A stretch of DNA of 64,000 nucleotides from an uncultured Mycoplasmatota bacterium. Its GTDB lineage: Bacteria > Bacillota_I > Bacilli_A > RF39 > UBA660. The notes beneath the pieces were generated by a model, which was given only the letters and a program-made list of their open reading frames with translations, was not told the DNA's origin and did no database searches. Each line of letters opens with the position of its first letter. Positions within the stretch are counted from its first letter, which is position 1. The stretch covers positions 10,316-74,315 of the forward strand of contig CAMMMH010000003.1 of the NCBI GenBank assembly GCA_946497955.1, in the 5' to 3' direction. A program made the translations under genes and the position numbers. Below, in pieces: positions 9,335-19,035 of this stretch.

Positions 9335-10315
9335 ATGTTATTACTTACAAAAGCAGTATTTGCAATTATGGTGGGATTTTTATTTAGTGTAGTTTTAGGC
9401 CTTATACTTTTACCCCTTTTAAGAAAGTTAAAAGTAGGGCAGAGAATAAGTAGTTATGTAGGATACTCTCATAGAATGAAAGAAGGTACTCCTACAATGG
9501 GAGGATTAATCTTTATTATTCCTACTGTTTTAATTACTATAGGATTATTAATTACAGATAAAATACCTTATTCTGATAATATAGCGATAGTTTTAGTGGT
9601 CTTTTTAGGCTTTGCAATTATTGGATTTTTAGATGATTTCTTATCACTAAAAAAACATAACAACGAAGGACTTACTACTTATCAAAAACTTTTAGGTCAA
9701 GTAATTATTTCAACCATATTTTTCTATATTTATATGAAAAATGGCGGACAGACATCATTTGTAGTAGGCACTCTTGGTATTGATATAGAACTTACTTGGT
9801 TATATGGATTATTTATATTATTTATTTTAATTGGGGCATCTAATGCTGTTAATCTTACAGATGGATTAGATGGCCTTGCCGGTAGTTTATCTGCCGTTGC
9901 CTTTATTGCCTTTGCCCTTATATCTTTTGTGGTAGGCTTTGAAGATATTGGAATATTTTGTTTAGTATTAGTAGGTTCCCTAATTGGTTTCTTAGTATTT
10001 AATACCCATCCTGCTAAAGTATTTATGGGTGATACTGGTTCCCTTGCCCTTGGTGGTGTTATGGGTGCAGTTGCTATTCTTACTCATAGAGAACTTACTT
10101 TACTTGTAGTAGCAGGAGTATTCGTAATCGAAACATTATCAGTTATCTTACAAGTATTTTGGTTAAGATTCTTTCATAAAAAGTTATTCTTAATGACACC
10201 ACTACATCATCATTTTGAAAAACTTGGTTGGCAAGAGACAGACATTGTTAAGTTATTTGTAGTCTTTGGTCTATTACTTGCGATGGGTGGCATTATTTTT
10301 GGAGTATGGTTATAG
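9335..10315 (+). CDS. mraY: Phospho-N-acetylmuramoyl-pentapeptide transferase MraY
   Basis: 10-TM protein with NAVNLTDGLDGLA and PLHHHFE signatures. dcw context. Confidence 0.95.
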   Translation: MLLLTKAVFAIMVGFLFSVVLGLILLPLLRKLKVGQRISSYVGYSHRMKEGTPTMGGLIFIIPTVLITIGLLITDKIPYSDNIAIVLVVFLGFAIIGFLDDFLSLKKHNNEGLTTYQKLLGQVIISTIFFYIYMKNGGQTSFVVGTLGIDIELTWLYGLFILFILIGASNAVNLTDGLDGLAGSLSAVAFIAFALISFVVGFEDIGIFCLVLVGSLIGFLVFNTHPAKVFMGDTGSLALGGVMGAVAILTHRELTLLVVAGVFVIETLSVILQVFWLRFFHKKLFLMTPLHHHFEKLGWQETDIVKLFVVFGLLLAMGGIIFGVWL

Positions 10316-10329
10316 AAAAGAGTGATTAG

Positions 10330-11424
10330 ATGAAGAAGAAAGGTTATGGTTTGCCTTTATTAATCACAGTAATACTCTTAGTAACATTTGGACTTATAAT
10401 GATATATTCAGCTTCAAGTATTTGGGCCGAGTATAAGTTTCATGATAGTTTTCACTATGTGAGGCAACAAGCATTATTTACAGTAATAGGATTTATAATA
10501 ATGTATATAGTTAGTAAAATAGATTATAATATCTATTTTAAGAAGGCAAATATCATCTTAGGTATTTGCTTTTTATTATTAATTTTAGTTTTAATACCAG
10601 GGATAGGTAGTATTAGAAATGGTAGTCGTAGTTGGTTTGGAATAGGACCATTTGGAATACAACCTAGTGAATTTATAAAGCTATCATTAATAATATTTAC
10701 TAGTAAATACTTAGTTAATAGTAATAAGTTTTTAAAGAGTTATAAGAAAGGTGTTATTCCCATACTAGGAATCGCTTGTCTTGCTTTTGGACTTATCATG
10801 TTACAACCTGATTTAGGTACAGGTTTAGTTTTAATGGTCTCAATTATTGCCTTACTTTTTATCGCCGGAGTTAATATGAAGTTTTTCTATATTTTAGGAG
10901 TGATAGGAGTAATAGGGGTTGTAATATTAATTGCCATCGCCCCTTATCGAATGGATAGAATAACATCATTTTTAGACCCTTGGAGTGATCCATTAGGTAC
11001 AGGCTTTCAAATAATCCAGTCTTTATATGCGATAGGGCCAGGAGGACTACTTGGTACAGGCTTCTTAAATTCAAGACAAAAACACTTTTATTTACCAGAA
11101 CCCCAAACAGACTTTATCTTTTCTATTATCTGTGAAGAGTTCGGAGTAGTAGGAGCCCTTTTAATAGCATTTCTTTTCTTCTTACTTTTATACTTTGGTG
11201 TAAAGATAGCCTTAAAATCTAATGATTTATTTGCCAAGTATCTAGCTTTTGGTCTTGTATTTCAAATACTATTTCAAGCCTTAATGAATCTAGCAGTAGT
11301 AATAGGCTTGATACCTGTAACTGGAGTTACCTTACCTTTCTTATCTTATGGAGGAAGTTCACTTTTAATAAGTTTATTAAGTGTAGGAATTCTTCTTAAT
11401 ATTGCGAAAAAAAATAATCAGTAA
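10330..11424 (+). CDS. ftsW: SEDS-family peptidoglycan glycosyltransferase (FtsW/SpoVE/RodA)
   Basis: Multi-TM protein with QPSEF.K, DFIFSIICEE and GVTLPFLSYGGSS motifs. Adjacent to mraY and the class B PBP. Confidence 0.85.
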   Translation: MKKKGYGLPLLITVILLVTFGLIMIYSASSIWAEYKFHDSFHYVRQQALFTVIGFIIMYIVSKIDYNIYFKKANIILGICFLLLILVLIPGIGSIRNGSRSWFGIGPFGIQPSEFIKLSLIIFTSKYLVNSNKFLKSYKKGVIPILGIACLAFGLIMLQPDLGTGLVLMVSIIALLFIAGVNMKFFYILGVIGVIGVVILIAIAPYRMDRITSFLDPWSDPLGTGFQIIQSLYAIGPGGLLGTGFLNSRQKHFYLPEPQTDFIFSIICEEFGVVGALLIAFLFFLLLYFGVKIALKSNDLFAKYLAFGLVFQILFQALMNLAVVIGLIPVTGVTLPFLSYGGSSLLISLLSVGILLNIAKKNNQ

Positions 11425-11823
11425 CGGTATATTATATTAATAGAGATACCTATTATATATTTTTTTAGAAGTTTGTATTCCCAATTTGAGACTGCAAAAG
11501 AATGTAATATAGGTAATAATATGATATACAAGTAGGCTCATAATGAATAAGAAAGATTCTTTAATTTTTTCTCTAGTAATTATGTTATTTCTTCAAGATA
11601 TCTTGCTATTACTTGCAATATATTCTATAAGATGATAAAAACTACCTAACTTAACTTATTGTTTAGGTGGCTCTTACTAAAAAATAGGGACGCCCTCAAC
11701 AAGTAAATATTAAGTGTTCCTCTTGCATATACATTTTATCAAGTATTTTATATACTAGTATCAAAAAAGTAATTGTTTCGATTCCTGTGCCATTAGTTAA
11801 AATTATGATAAAATAAGCATACT

Positions 11824-12585
11824 TTGGGGGGATTAATGTATATTTGGAAAGAGGAAAGTTTTAAAGATAAAATATATGATGAATTGGAGAGCTTTTTTGA
11901 TAGAAATGATTATAGTAAAAACGCTGAGACACTAGCTTTGAATATTATAGATAGTCTAAGGGATAAAAATATTTTAGTAGTAGAAAAAACTGCTAATAAT
12001 TATGGCTATCTAATACCTTTGATATATGCCAGTAAAGATAAAAGAAATTTTAAAGTCTTTATAATATCTGTAACTTTATTTACTCTAAAAGAACAATTAA
12101 AAACTGCAGTATAAAAATTATCTAAATTAATAGGTGTAGAGATTCCCTTTATGATTGCTAAAGTCCATGTTAATTATGCGTGTATGAAAAGATTAAAAAA
12201 ATATCTTAGAAGTAATGAAGAAAATTTTACTTAAAAAATATGTAATGAAATGATTGATAAAAAAGATTATCTAAATATTTCTAAGGAATTTGGGACTAAT
12301 ATTAACGTAAATGGAGAAAACTGTAGAAAATATAGAGAATGCAAGTATTATTTAAATAGAAAAGGTTAGCCTAATGCTAAATATGTATTATGTACTCATG
12401 ATTTATTATTACCATTTTTAGAAGAGAAAATAAAAACTTCTTATCAAGGTATTATTACTACAAAAAGTTAGAGTCTTTAATAAATGAAATTAGTTATATT
12501 ATTGGTAATAAAGGCATCGGAGAGACTTCAATCGCCTCTATTAATATCTTTTACCAAAAACCTAGTATTATAATTAAAAGTTAAT
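11824..12585 (+). pseudogene. Decayed DinG/helicase-c2-like helicase remnant
   Basis: Fragments in several frames, interrupted by stops: ...VVEKTANNYGYLIPLIYASKDKRNFKVFIISVTLFTLKEQL... (degenerate Walker-A region), ...AKVHVNYACMKRL... (compare KGRxNYLC), ...YVLCTHDLLL... (compare NH.LL). Confidence 0.4.
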
Positions 12586-12664
12586 GCGGAAAGAATAAAG
12601 GAGAATATCAAATAGATAGTGAAGTTATAATGGATAATTTAGGTGTTAGAGGAAGTATTTTTTC

Positions 12665-12693
12665 TTGACTTTTTGCTTGTGTTACGTTATAAT
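12665..12693 (+). promoter_or_regulatory. Sigma-A-type promoter for the lipoprotein gene
   Basis: TTGACT, 17 nt, TATAAT. Confidence 0.45.
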
Positions 12694-12719
12694 AATGCTA
12701 CTTTAAAGGGGGATAATAT

Positions 12720-14387
12720 ATGAAAAGACCAAAAGCAACTGCAGTAGCATTATCATTAATTCTTTCTATTAATATGTTAGGGTGTACCAAACAACAAAAT
12801 AAAAAGATTGAAACTTCTAATGATGATTTTATTGAAGAAACATTTAATCATTGTTATGTAACAGTTTTTGATAGTGTTAAAAAAATCGTTGAAGAAACTA
12901 AATATTTAGTTTTGTGTGATAATATAACACCAGTATATAATTATGAGGAATATTACATTACTGAAGAAGAAATAGATGCTATTGTTTCTAATGCTACTAA
13001 AGTAACAACATGTGATAATGAAGATAATGATATTTTTAGTTTAATAAATCAAATAGATAGTAATACTGAATCATATATTAAAGATAAAGAAAATTTATTA
13101 AATGCTTTTCATATTGGTGATGCTTATGAAAATATAGATGAAGAAAAATTTAAAGAAATGATATATGAAGCAATTTTAGAAAGTTTATATGATGAGGGTG
13201 AGATTAATTTAGAATATTATTGTAAGCTCAAAGATATTAAAATAGTTATAGATAAAGAAGATAAAGGAAATGGTGCTTCTGCTTACTTTGTTCCAAAAGA
13301 AAGTAATAGTAATAATAGTATTAAGGATAAGGATACGCTAGTTCTATGCCTTAATACTATTATTGATGACTACCAATATTATCTTTGCCTATATCAAGAA
13401 TATAATGAAATTTACGACGATCCATCCGATATTTATCATTTTATTAAGGAATATATTTTAAAACATGAATTGAATCATGTAAATCAAATTGCTTGTAATT
13501 GTCGAATTGAAAAAGGGCAAACATATCTTGACATTAGTACTTTATCTTTAAATTCATCTGATAATAGTGATTTGCCTGGAAGATTTTTAATAGAAGCGTC
13601 AGCTGAGTCTAATTTATATTTAAATGAGTATGATTATAAACATGATGGTTCATATGTATATGATAGCTTACGTGATAAAGAAGTTTTGATATTATTGTTG
13701 TCATTATTTTCTGATAATGAGATCGAAGTATATTATGATGCTATTAAAGATTCTGATTTACCAAAACTTTATGATTTTTTAGGAATAAATACTAAAAATG
13801 ATTTTTATAGTTTTTATAAAATTTTATATCAGATTGATTCAACATATGGTTTTTCTTCATTTTTAAATAATTTTATTAGCGAAAATGAAAGAGAAAACTT
13901 TACAGTGGGTAAAGCAATGGAAATTATTGGTGATGCTGCTTATACGGACTTGTATAAACTTTTTATAAAAAATGCTATGGAATATACAAATACAACTGAC
14001 AACTTTTCTTTAGAAGATAATTTATTTTTATATGAGCTAGGTAGAGCTGTCATTTTAAATTATTCTACAAAAATAGAAGAAATAGCGGAAGGCGAATATA
14101 AATATGTTTGGAATGCAGATAGAGTTAAAGAGTTCTTAGAATTAGATGATATTTATAAATCTTATTTAGTTAGTCATTATGAAATATCATATGATGATTT
14201 AGAACAATCCATAACAGAAAGTATAAGATCTATTAGTTATAATAGTGATTTTAAAAGAAAAATGGAAAATAAATTTTCAGTTCTAAAACCTATACTTTTT
14301 AAAACTAATATTTATGTAAATATATTTGAAGATTATGAAAAAGCAGTTAATGTAACAGAAAGTGCCTATACTTATTCGCTTAAATAA
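12720..14387 (+). CDS. Lipoprotein with an HExxH motif (putative secreted metallopeptidase-like protein)
   Basis: Lipobox signal peptide MKRPKATAVALSLILSINMLG|C. HELNH motif (LKHELNHVNQ). Otherwise no recognisable family. RBS GGGGGA. Confidence 0.65.
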   Translation: MKRPKATAVALSLILSINMLGCTKQQNKKIETSNDDFIEETFNHCYVTVFDSVKKIVEETKYLVLCDNITPVYNYEEYYITEEEIDAIVSNATKVTTCDNEDNDIFSLINQIDSNTESYIKDKENLLNAFHIGDAYENIDEEKFKEMIYEAILESLYDEGEINLEYYCKLKDIKIVIDKEDKGNGASAYFVPKESNSNNSIKDKDTLVLCLNTIIDDYQYYLCLYQEYNEIYDDPSDIYHFIKEYILKHELNHVNQIACNCRIEKGQTYLDISTLSLNSSDNSDLPGRFLIEASAESNLYLNEYDYKHDGSYVYDSLRDKEVLILLLSLFSDNEIEVYYDAIKDSDLPKLYDFLGINTKNDFYSFYKILYQIDSTYGFSSFLNNFISENERENFTVGKAMEIIGDAAYTDLYKLFIKNAMEYTNTTDNFSLEDNLFLYELGRAVILNYSTKIEEIAEGEYKYVWNADRVKEFLELDDIYKSYLVSHYEISYDDLEQSITESIRSISYNSDFKRKMENKFSVLKPILFKTNIYVNIFEDYEKAVNVTESAYTYSLK

Positions 14388-14495
14388 TTGTTTATTAATT
14401 AAAATAGGAACAATTATTTAAGTTGTGTATGTACTTCTTAATATAATACAAATCACATTATAGAGGGTAAAATAGGCAAAAACAGAATAAAATGT

Positions 14496-14524
14496 TTGAC
14501 AAGTGCGTAAAATAATAGTATATT
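14496..14524 (+). promoter_or_regulatory. Sigma-A-type promoter of the T-box leader
   Basis: TTGACA (14496-14501), 17 nt, TATATT (14519-14524). Confidence 0.55.
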
Positions 14525-14530
14525 AATAAC

Positions 14531-14815
14531 ATCAAAACATTGATGAAAAGAAGTAACTATTTCTAATCTTTAAAAGAGAGCTTGTGGTTGGTGGAAACAA
14601 GTAAAGTGTGAATAGTGAATAACATTTCGGAGTGCTTAAAGAAATTAAGTAGACTAAGCCGGGCGCAGACCGTTACATTTGCTAGATTTGATAGAATCGA
14701 AAAAAGTGATTATAAAGTTAATAATTCCTTTATAATAAATTGGGTGGCACCGCGGAAGACTAGTTTCGTCCCATAGTACTATAAGTATTATGGTATGGAC
14801 TAGTCTTTTATTATT
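14531..14815 (+). promoter_or_regulatory. T-box riboswitch leader, asparagine specifier
   Basis: K-turn-like TGATGA...AGTA at the Stem I base. AGAGA and GGTGGAAAC elements. Specifier-loop ...GAATAACA... (AAC at 14621-14623 followed by A; the overlapping AAT is also Asn). T-box sequence AAATTGGGTGGCACCGCGG (14737-14755). Long terminator hairpin AAGACTAGT...ACTAGTCTTTT (14756-14815). Confidence 0.85.
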
Positions 14816-14835
14816 TATTAGAGAGGATGATTTTT

Positions 14836-15450
14836 ATGTATGAATTAGGAATGTATGATAAGTTATCTAAAAGTTATATATTATCTAAAGATGAATCTCA
14901 TCGTATTGAGATGACAAAGAAAGCTGTTAAGTTTTGTAATACTTTAAAAAGAAAAGGTGTTCATTATGATTATTGTATTAGCCATGAAGAAGCATCTGGA
15001 TGTGTTGATTACAGTGAGTGGAATGATGTTTTAGGGGAGAACTATGCTGTAGGAAAAAATTTATTTGTTCAAGAAAGAAAAGGAGAAAAGAAGAAATATC
15101 TAGTGATAACAGATAGTTCTAAACAGGTAGATCTAAAAGCTTTAAAAGAAGAACTAGATTGTCGTAAATTAGAGTTTGTTAGTCCTAGCGATATGGAGAG
15201 TTTAATTAATGCGACACCTGGTAATGTTTCTATATTTAACCTTATATATGATGAAAATAAAGAAATAGAGTTAATTATAGATGAAGACTTATTAGAAGCT
15301 GATGAAATAGCTTTTCATCCTTTATATAATGGTATGAGTATATTTATGCCATTACGTGAATGCTTTAATTTTCTTGCAACTATAGGAAGAAGTGCTGAAG
15401 TTATGGCTATTCCTGTAAAAAACGAAGAAAAAGTTTTAATAAAACAATAA
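14836..15450 (+). CDS. YbaK/ProX-type aminoacyl-tRNA trans-editing (deacylase) domain protein
   Basis: GKNLFVQERKGEKKKYLVITDSSKQVDLKALKEEL..KLEFVSPSDMESLINATPGNVSIFNLIYD...IIDEDLL..DEIAFHP matches the 'prolyl-tRNA synthetase associated domain' pattern. The alternative start ATG 14827 is too close to the RBS AGAGAGG. Confidence 0.75.
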   Translation: MYELGMYDKLSKSYILSKDESHRIEMTKKAVKFCNTLKRKGVHYDYCISHEEASGCVDYSEWNDVLGENYAVGKNLFVQERKGEKKKYLVITDSSKQVDLKALKEELDCRKLEFVSPSDMESLINATPGNVSIFNLIYDENKEIELIIDEDLLEADEIAFHPLYNGMSIFMPLRECFNFLATIGRSAEVMAIPVKNEEKVLIKQ

Positions 15451-15486
15451 TAAATGTTATACTAGTTAAGAAAGAGAGGATTAATT

Positions 15487-16869
15487 ATGGCAATTGATGC
15501 AAAAGAATTATATGATAGTATTGATGAATATATGGATAAAGAAGTTACATTAGAAGGATGGATTAGAAATCATCGTAAACAAAAAGAGTTTGGTTTTATA
15601 GATTTTTCTGATGGTACATGTTTTAAACATATACAAGTTGTTTATGATAATAAGTTAGAAGATTTTGAAGAAATACAAAAATATCATGTTGGTAGTGCAA
15701 TTAGAGTAAAAGGTGTAGTAGTTAAATCACCTAAAGAAGGACAGCCTTTTGAAGTACAAGCTAGAGAAGTTATTTTATTAGGTGAGTGTCCAGAGGATTA
15801 TCCAATACAACCTAAGAAACACTCACGTGAATTTTTAAGAGAACAAGCATATCTTAGACCTAGAACTAACTTGTTTCAAGCAGTATTTCGTGTTAGAAGT
15901 GTAGCAGCTTATGCTATTCATAAATACTTCCAAGATAGAGGCTATGTTTATTTCCATGCTCCATTAATAACTGCAAGTGACTGTGAAGGAGCAGGAGAGA
16001 TGTTTCATGTTACATGTTTTGATTTAGAGGATGTTCCAAAAGCAGATGGAAAAGTTGACTATAGCAAAGATATGTTCTCTAAACCTGCATCATTAACAGT
16101 ATCAGGGCAGTTAGAAGCAGAGACATTCGCTTTAGCTTACAAAAAAACATATACTTTTGGTCCTACATTTAGAGCAGAGAACTCTAATACTAAAGTACAT
16201 GCTAATGAGTTTTGGATGATAGAGCCTGAGATTGCTTTCTGTGATTTAGATGGTGATATGGAAATAATGGAAGAGATGTTAAAATATGTAGTTAGTTATG
16301 TATTAGAACATTGTAAAGATGAAATGGAATTCTTAGATAAGTTTGTAGAAAAAGGACTACTTGATAAACTTACTAAATTAGTTAAATCTAAATTTACTAG
16401 AATTACTCATAAAGAAGTTATAGACATATTACAAAAAGCAGATGTTAAATGGGAATTTGAACCAAAACAAGGAGAAGATATCGCTAAAGAACATGAGAAA
16501 TATATCACAGAATATTTTGATGGACCAGTATTTATTACCGACTGGCCTAAAGATATTAAAGCTTTCTATATGAAACAAAATCCTGATGGAAAGACTGTTG
16601 CAGCAGTAGACTTAGAAGTGCCTGGGGCAGGTGAAATAATGGGTGGCTCTCAAAGAGAAGAAGATTATGACAAATTAGTTGCTCGTATGGATGAGTTAGG
16701 TATGGATAAGGAAGAACTAGACTGGTACATTAACCTACGTAAATATGGTGGTTGTGTTCATTCAGGATTCGGTATGGGATTTGAGAGACTTTTAATATAT
16801 TTAACAGGTGTAGAAAATATAAGAGATGTTATACCATATCCAAGAACACCTGGTAACTGTGAGTTTTAG
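15487..16869 (+). CDS. asnS: Asparagine--tRNA ligase
   Basis: OB anticodon-binding N-domain. Class II core with FGPTFRAENSNTKVHANEFWMIEPE and GFGMGFERL. Confidence 0.95.
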   Translation: MAIDAKELYDSIDEYMDKEVTLEGWIRNHRKQKEFGFIDFSDGTCFKHIQVVYDNKLEDFEEIQKYHVGSAIRVKGVVVKSPKEGQPFEVQAREVILLGECPEDYPIQPKKHSREFLREQAYLRPRTNLFQAVFRVRSVAAYAIHKYFQDRGYVYFHAPLITASDCEGAGEMFHVTCFDLEDVPKADGKVDYSKDMFSKPASLTVSGQLEAETFALAYKKTYTFGPTFRAENSNTKVHANEFWMIEPEIAFCDLDGDMEIMEEMLKYVVSYVLEHCKDEMEFLDKFVEKGLLDKLTKLVKSKFTRITHKEVIDILQKADVKWEFEPKQGEDIAKEHEKYITEYFDGPVFITDWPKDIKAFYMKQNPDGKTVAAVDLEVPGAGEIMGGSQREEDYDKLVARMDELGMDKEELDWYINLRKYGGCVHSGFGMGFERLLIYLTGVENIRDVIPYPRTPGNCEF

Positions 16870-16879
16870 GAGGTTATTT

Positions 16880-17368
16880 ATGGATAATTTCTTGTTAAAA
16901 GTAATAGATGAGAATGGTATTGAAATACTTGATGATAAACAAGCTTTTGGTAAAACTCATTATGATTCTCTTGAAAAGCTTTCAAAAATGATAAATATAT
17001 CTTTTACAACTAGAAATAGAGAAACAATGGCGTTACAATTAGCAGAAGAAAGAAATTTGACAACTATTTTTAATGTTAAAGTAGGTTATCTTTTCGTTTT
17101 ACCAGAAAATTGTACTGAACGTTTAATCAATTACTTAGAAAATAATTTACCTTTATATCAAGAAGAAGAACAAAAGGGTAAGATAATTGAAGTAAGACTT
17201 TTTTCTAAGGAACCAGTTTATTATAATCACAACCATTATCGTGATTTAATTACAGAAGAAAAGATAGATATTTTAGAAGGTAAGAAAAATGAAAAAGAAT
17301 TTGTTACAGTTTTGTTAAAAGAAGAACTTGCAAGGCAAAAAGAGATAATTGAATCTAAAAAGAAGTGA
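16880..17368 (+). CDS. Hypothetical protein co-transcribed with asnS
   Basis: ATG 16880 follows the AGGAGG RBS at 16868-16873. The track start at 16826 would overlap asnS and lacks an RBS. No recognisable domain. Confidence 0.6.
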   Translation: MDNFLLKVIDENGIEILDDKQAFGKTHYDSLEKLSKMINISFTTRNRETMALQLAEERNLTTIFNVKVGYLFVLPENCTERLINYLENNLPLYQEEEQKGKIIEVRLFSKEPVYYNHNHYRDLITEEKIDILEGKKNEKEFVTVLLKEELARQKEIIESKKK

Positions 17369-17387
17369 ATAAAATTTAATCAAAAAA

Positions 17388-17421
17388 GTTTTATGTAAAA
17401 AACAACATAAATCTTTTTTTT
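17388..17421 (+). terminator. Rho-independent terminator of the asnS operon
   Basis: AGTTTTATGT / ACATAAATCT stem (one mismatch) followed by a T8 run. Confidence 0.55.
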
Positions 17422-17489
17422 GTAGCATTATTTAGTTTACAAATGTTCTTTCTGATGATAAAATATAAACTATAAAAGAGGTGAGGATT

Positions 17490-18533
17490 ATGAATGAAAT
17501 TGGAAAAAATTTAAAAAAAATAAGATTATTAAAAAATCTTTCTCTTAAAGAAGCAGGTAAACTTCTTAATATGTCTTCTACTGCTATTTCAAAATATGAG
17601 AAAGGTGATATAGTACCTAATTCATCTAAACTAATAGAATTTGCTAATGCTTATAAAGTTAAAACTATTGATTTAATTAAAGTATATAAGACTCCTAAAA
17701 TGAAATTTACTTCTTTTAGAAAGAAAAAAAGGTTAGCTGGTGGAAATTTAGAGCTTTTAAAACAATTGATATTAGAAGAAGTTTCTAAATATTTAGAAGT
17801 TCTTGATTTAAGTAATGTAAATAGTAATACTTTTAAACTTAAGAAATATTCATGTAATGATTTTAATGATGCTGAAAAAGCAGCGGAGAAGTTTAGAAAT
17901 TTTATTGAAATATCTAATAAACAGCCAATTTCAGACTTAATTAATATATTAGAGAACTTAGGTATTATTATAATTCAAGTGAAAAATTATGATAATCGTT
18001 TTAGTGATTTTGATGGATTAAGCGAAATTGTTGAAGGAGTTCCTGTTATTGTTTTATTAGATGGTATAACTGATGGAGCAAGGCAGAGATTTACTATTGC
18101 ACATGAACTAGGTCATTTAATATTAGATATTAAAAATGAAAGAATAGATTCAGAAAAACTTGCAAATCGTTTCGCAAGTGCTTTACTAATACCTAAAGAA
18201 GCGATTATAAATGAGTTTGGTTCACTAAGAAAAAAAATAAGTTTTTATGAGTTAAATGCTTTTAAAAATGAATATAAAGTTAGTTATGCAGCGATTGTAT
18301 ATAGACTAAAAGATTTAAATATTATTAATGAATACTTATATAAAAAATTAAACATATTTATAAGTAAAAATATAGGTAAAAATGATCCTAATCCTATAAT
18401 ACCTGAAATATCATATGGATTTAAACGAATTGTTCATAAATTAAAAGCAAATGGTATTATCACTTTAAATAAAGCTTGCGAACTTTTGGGGGTATCAGCT
18501 GATGAGTATAACAGAGAAGATTATAGTTACTGA
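17490..18533 (+). CDS. XRE-family HTH fused to an ImmA/IrrE (COG2856) metallopeptidase domain
   Basis: N-terminal HTH_3 (LKKIRLLKNLSLKEAGKLLNMSSTAISKYEKG). HExxH in FTIAHELGHLIL, with the C-terminal ImmA/IrrE region. Confidence 0.8.
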   Translation: MNEIGKNLKKIRLLKNLSLKEAGKLLNMSSTAISKYEKGDIVPNSSKLIEFANAYKVKTIDLIKVYKTPKMKFTSFRKKKRLAGGNLELLKQLILEEVSKYLEVLDLSNVNSNTFKLKKYSCNDFNDAEKAAEKFRNFIEISNKQPISDLINILENLGIIIIQVKNYDNRFSDFDGLSEIVEGVPVIVLLDGITDGARQRFTIAHELGHLILDIKNERIDSEKLANRFASALLIPKEAIINEFGSLRKKISFYELNAFKNEYKVSYAAIVYRLKDLNIINEYLYKKLNIFISKNIGKNDPNPIIPEISYGFKRIVHKLKANGIITLNKACELLGVSADEYNREDYSY

Positions 18534-19017
18534 TACTAACATAATAACAGATTTAAGTAATGCAAATATTTTAGATAAGTTTGTAAGCTTAGATAATGTT
18601 TATATAAGCGATTTAGTTAAAACTGATGAAGTAAACTTTAAAACTGGTAATTTAAAAATAATTAATAAATTTAAAACACTTAAGATAACAGAAGAACAAT
18701 TAATTGAAGTAAGTACCTTGGCTAGTAAAGAAAGTAAATTATCTATATATGATGTAATTAATTATATACTTGCAAGAGATAATGATGGGGGGCTTGCAAC
18801 AGGAGATGATAGGTTAAGAAAATATTCTCTTGAAAATGGTGTAAAAGTAATTAGAACTTTAAAAATTATTAGATTGTTAAAAGAAAAGAATATAATATCT
18901 TGTAGGGAAACGATTAAGGCTTGTATCTTATTGAAAAAGTGTAAAAAGACTAGAATACCGGAAGAAGATATTAATAATTTAATAGAAGAGTTTAAAACAG
19001 AATTAGTTATAGTTTAG
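18502..19017 (+). CDS. PIN-like domain protein (candidate nuclease toxin partner of the XRE-ImmA gene)
   Basis: Overlaps the upstream gene by 32 nt. N-terminal IIVTDTNIITDL (PIN acidic residue 1), a later D in LSIYDVINYILA, and LATGDDRLRKY..GVKVI (PIN C-terminal T/GxD motif). Confidence 0.55.
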   Translation: MSITEKIIVTDTNIITDLSNANILDKFVSLDNVYISDLVKTDEVNFKTGNLKIINKFKTLKITEEQLIEVSTLASKESKLSIYDVINYILARDNDGGLATGDDRLRKYSLENGVKVIRTLKIIRLLKEKNIISCRETIKACILLKKCKKTRIPEEDINNLIEEFKTELVIV

Positions 19018-19035
19018 AAAAAAGAAGTGATTTAT

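Noticed and set aside
11543-11635. A 30-aa hydrophobic ORF (MNKKDSLIFSLVIMLFLQDILLLLAIYSIR) in the spacer after ftsW, considered as a possible type I toxin.
   Set aside because: There is no convincing RBS, no identifiable antisense RNA promoter or terminator, and such ORFs arise readily by chance in AT-rich DNA.
16826-16879. Long N-terminal extensions in the ORF track: 16826 (overlapping asnS), 37192 (addA), 50950 (GT2), 32756 (membrane protein), 62514 (Rpn 2).
   Set aside because: In each case a downstream ATG has a proper Shine-Dalgarno sequence and gives the family-typical N-terminus. The extensions overlap the preceding gene or consist of non-coding-like sequence.
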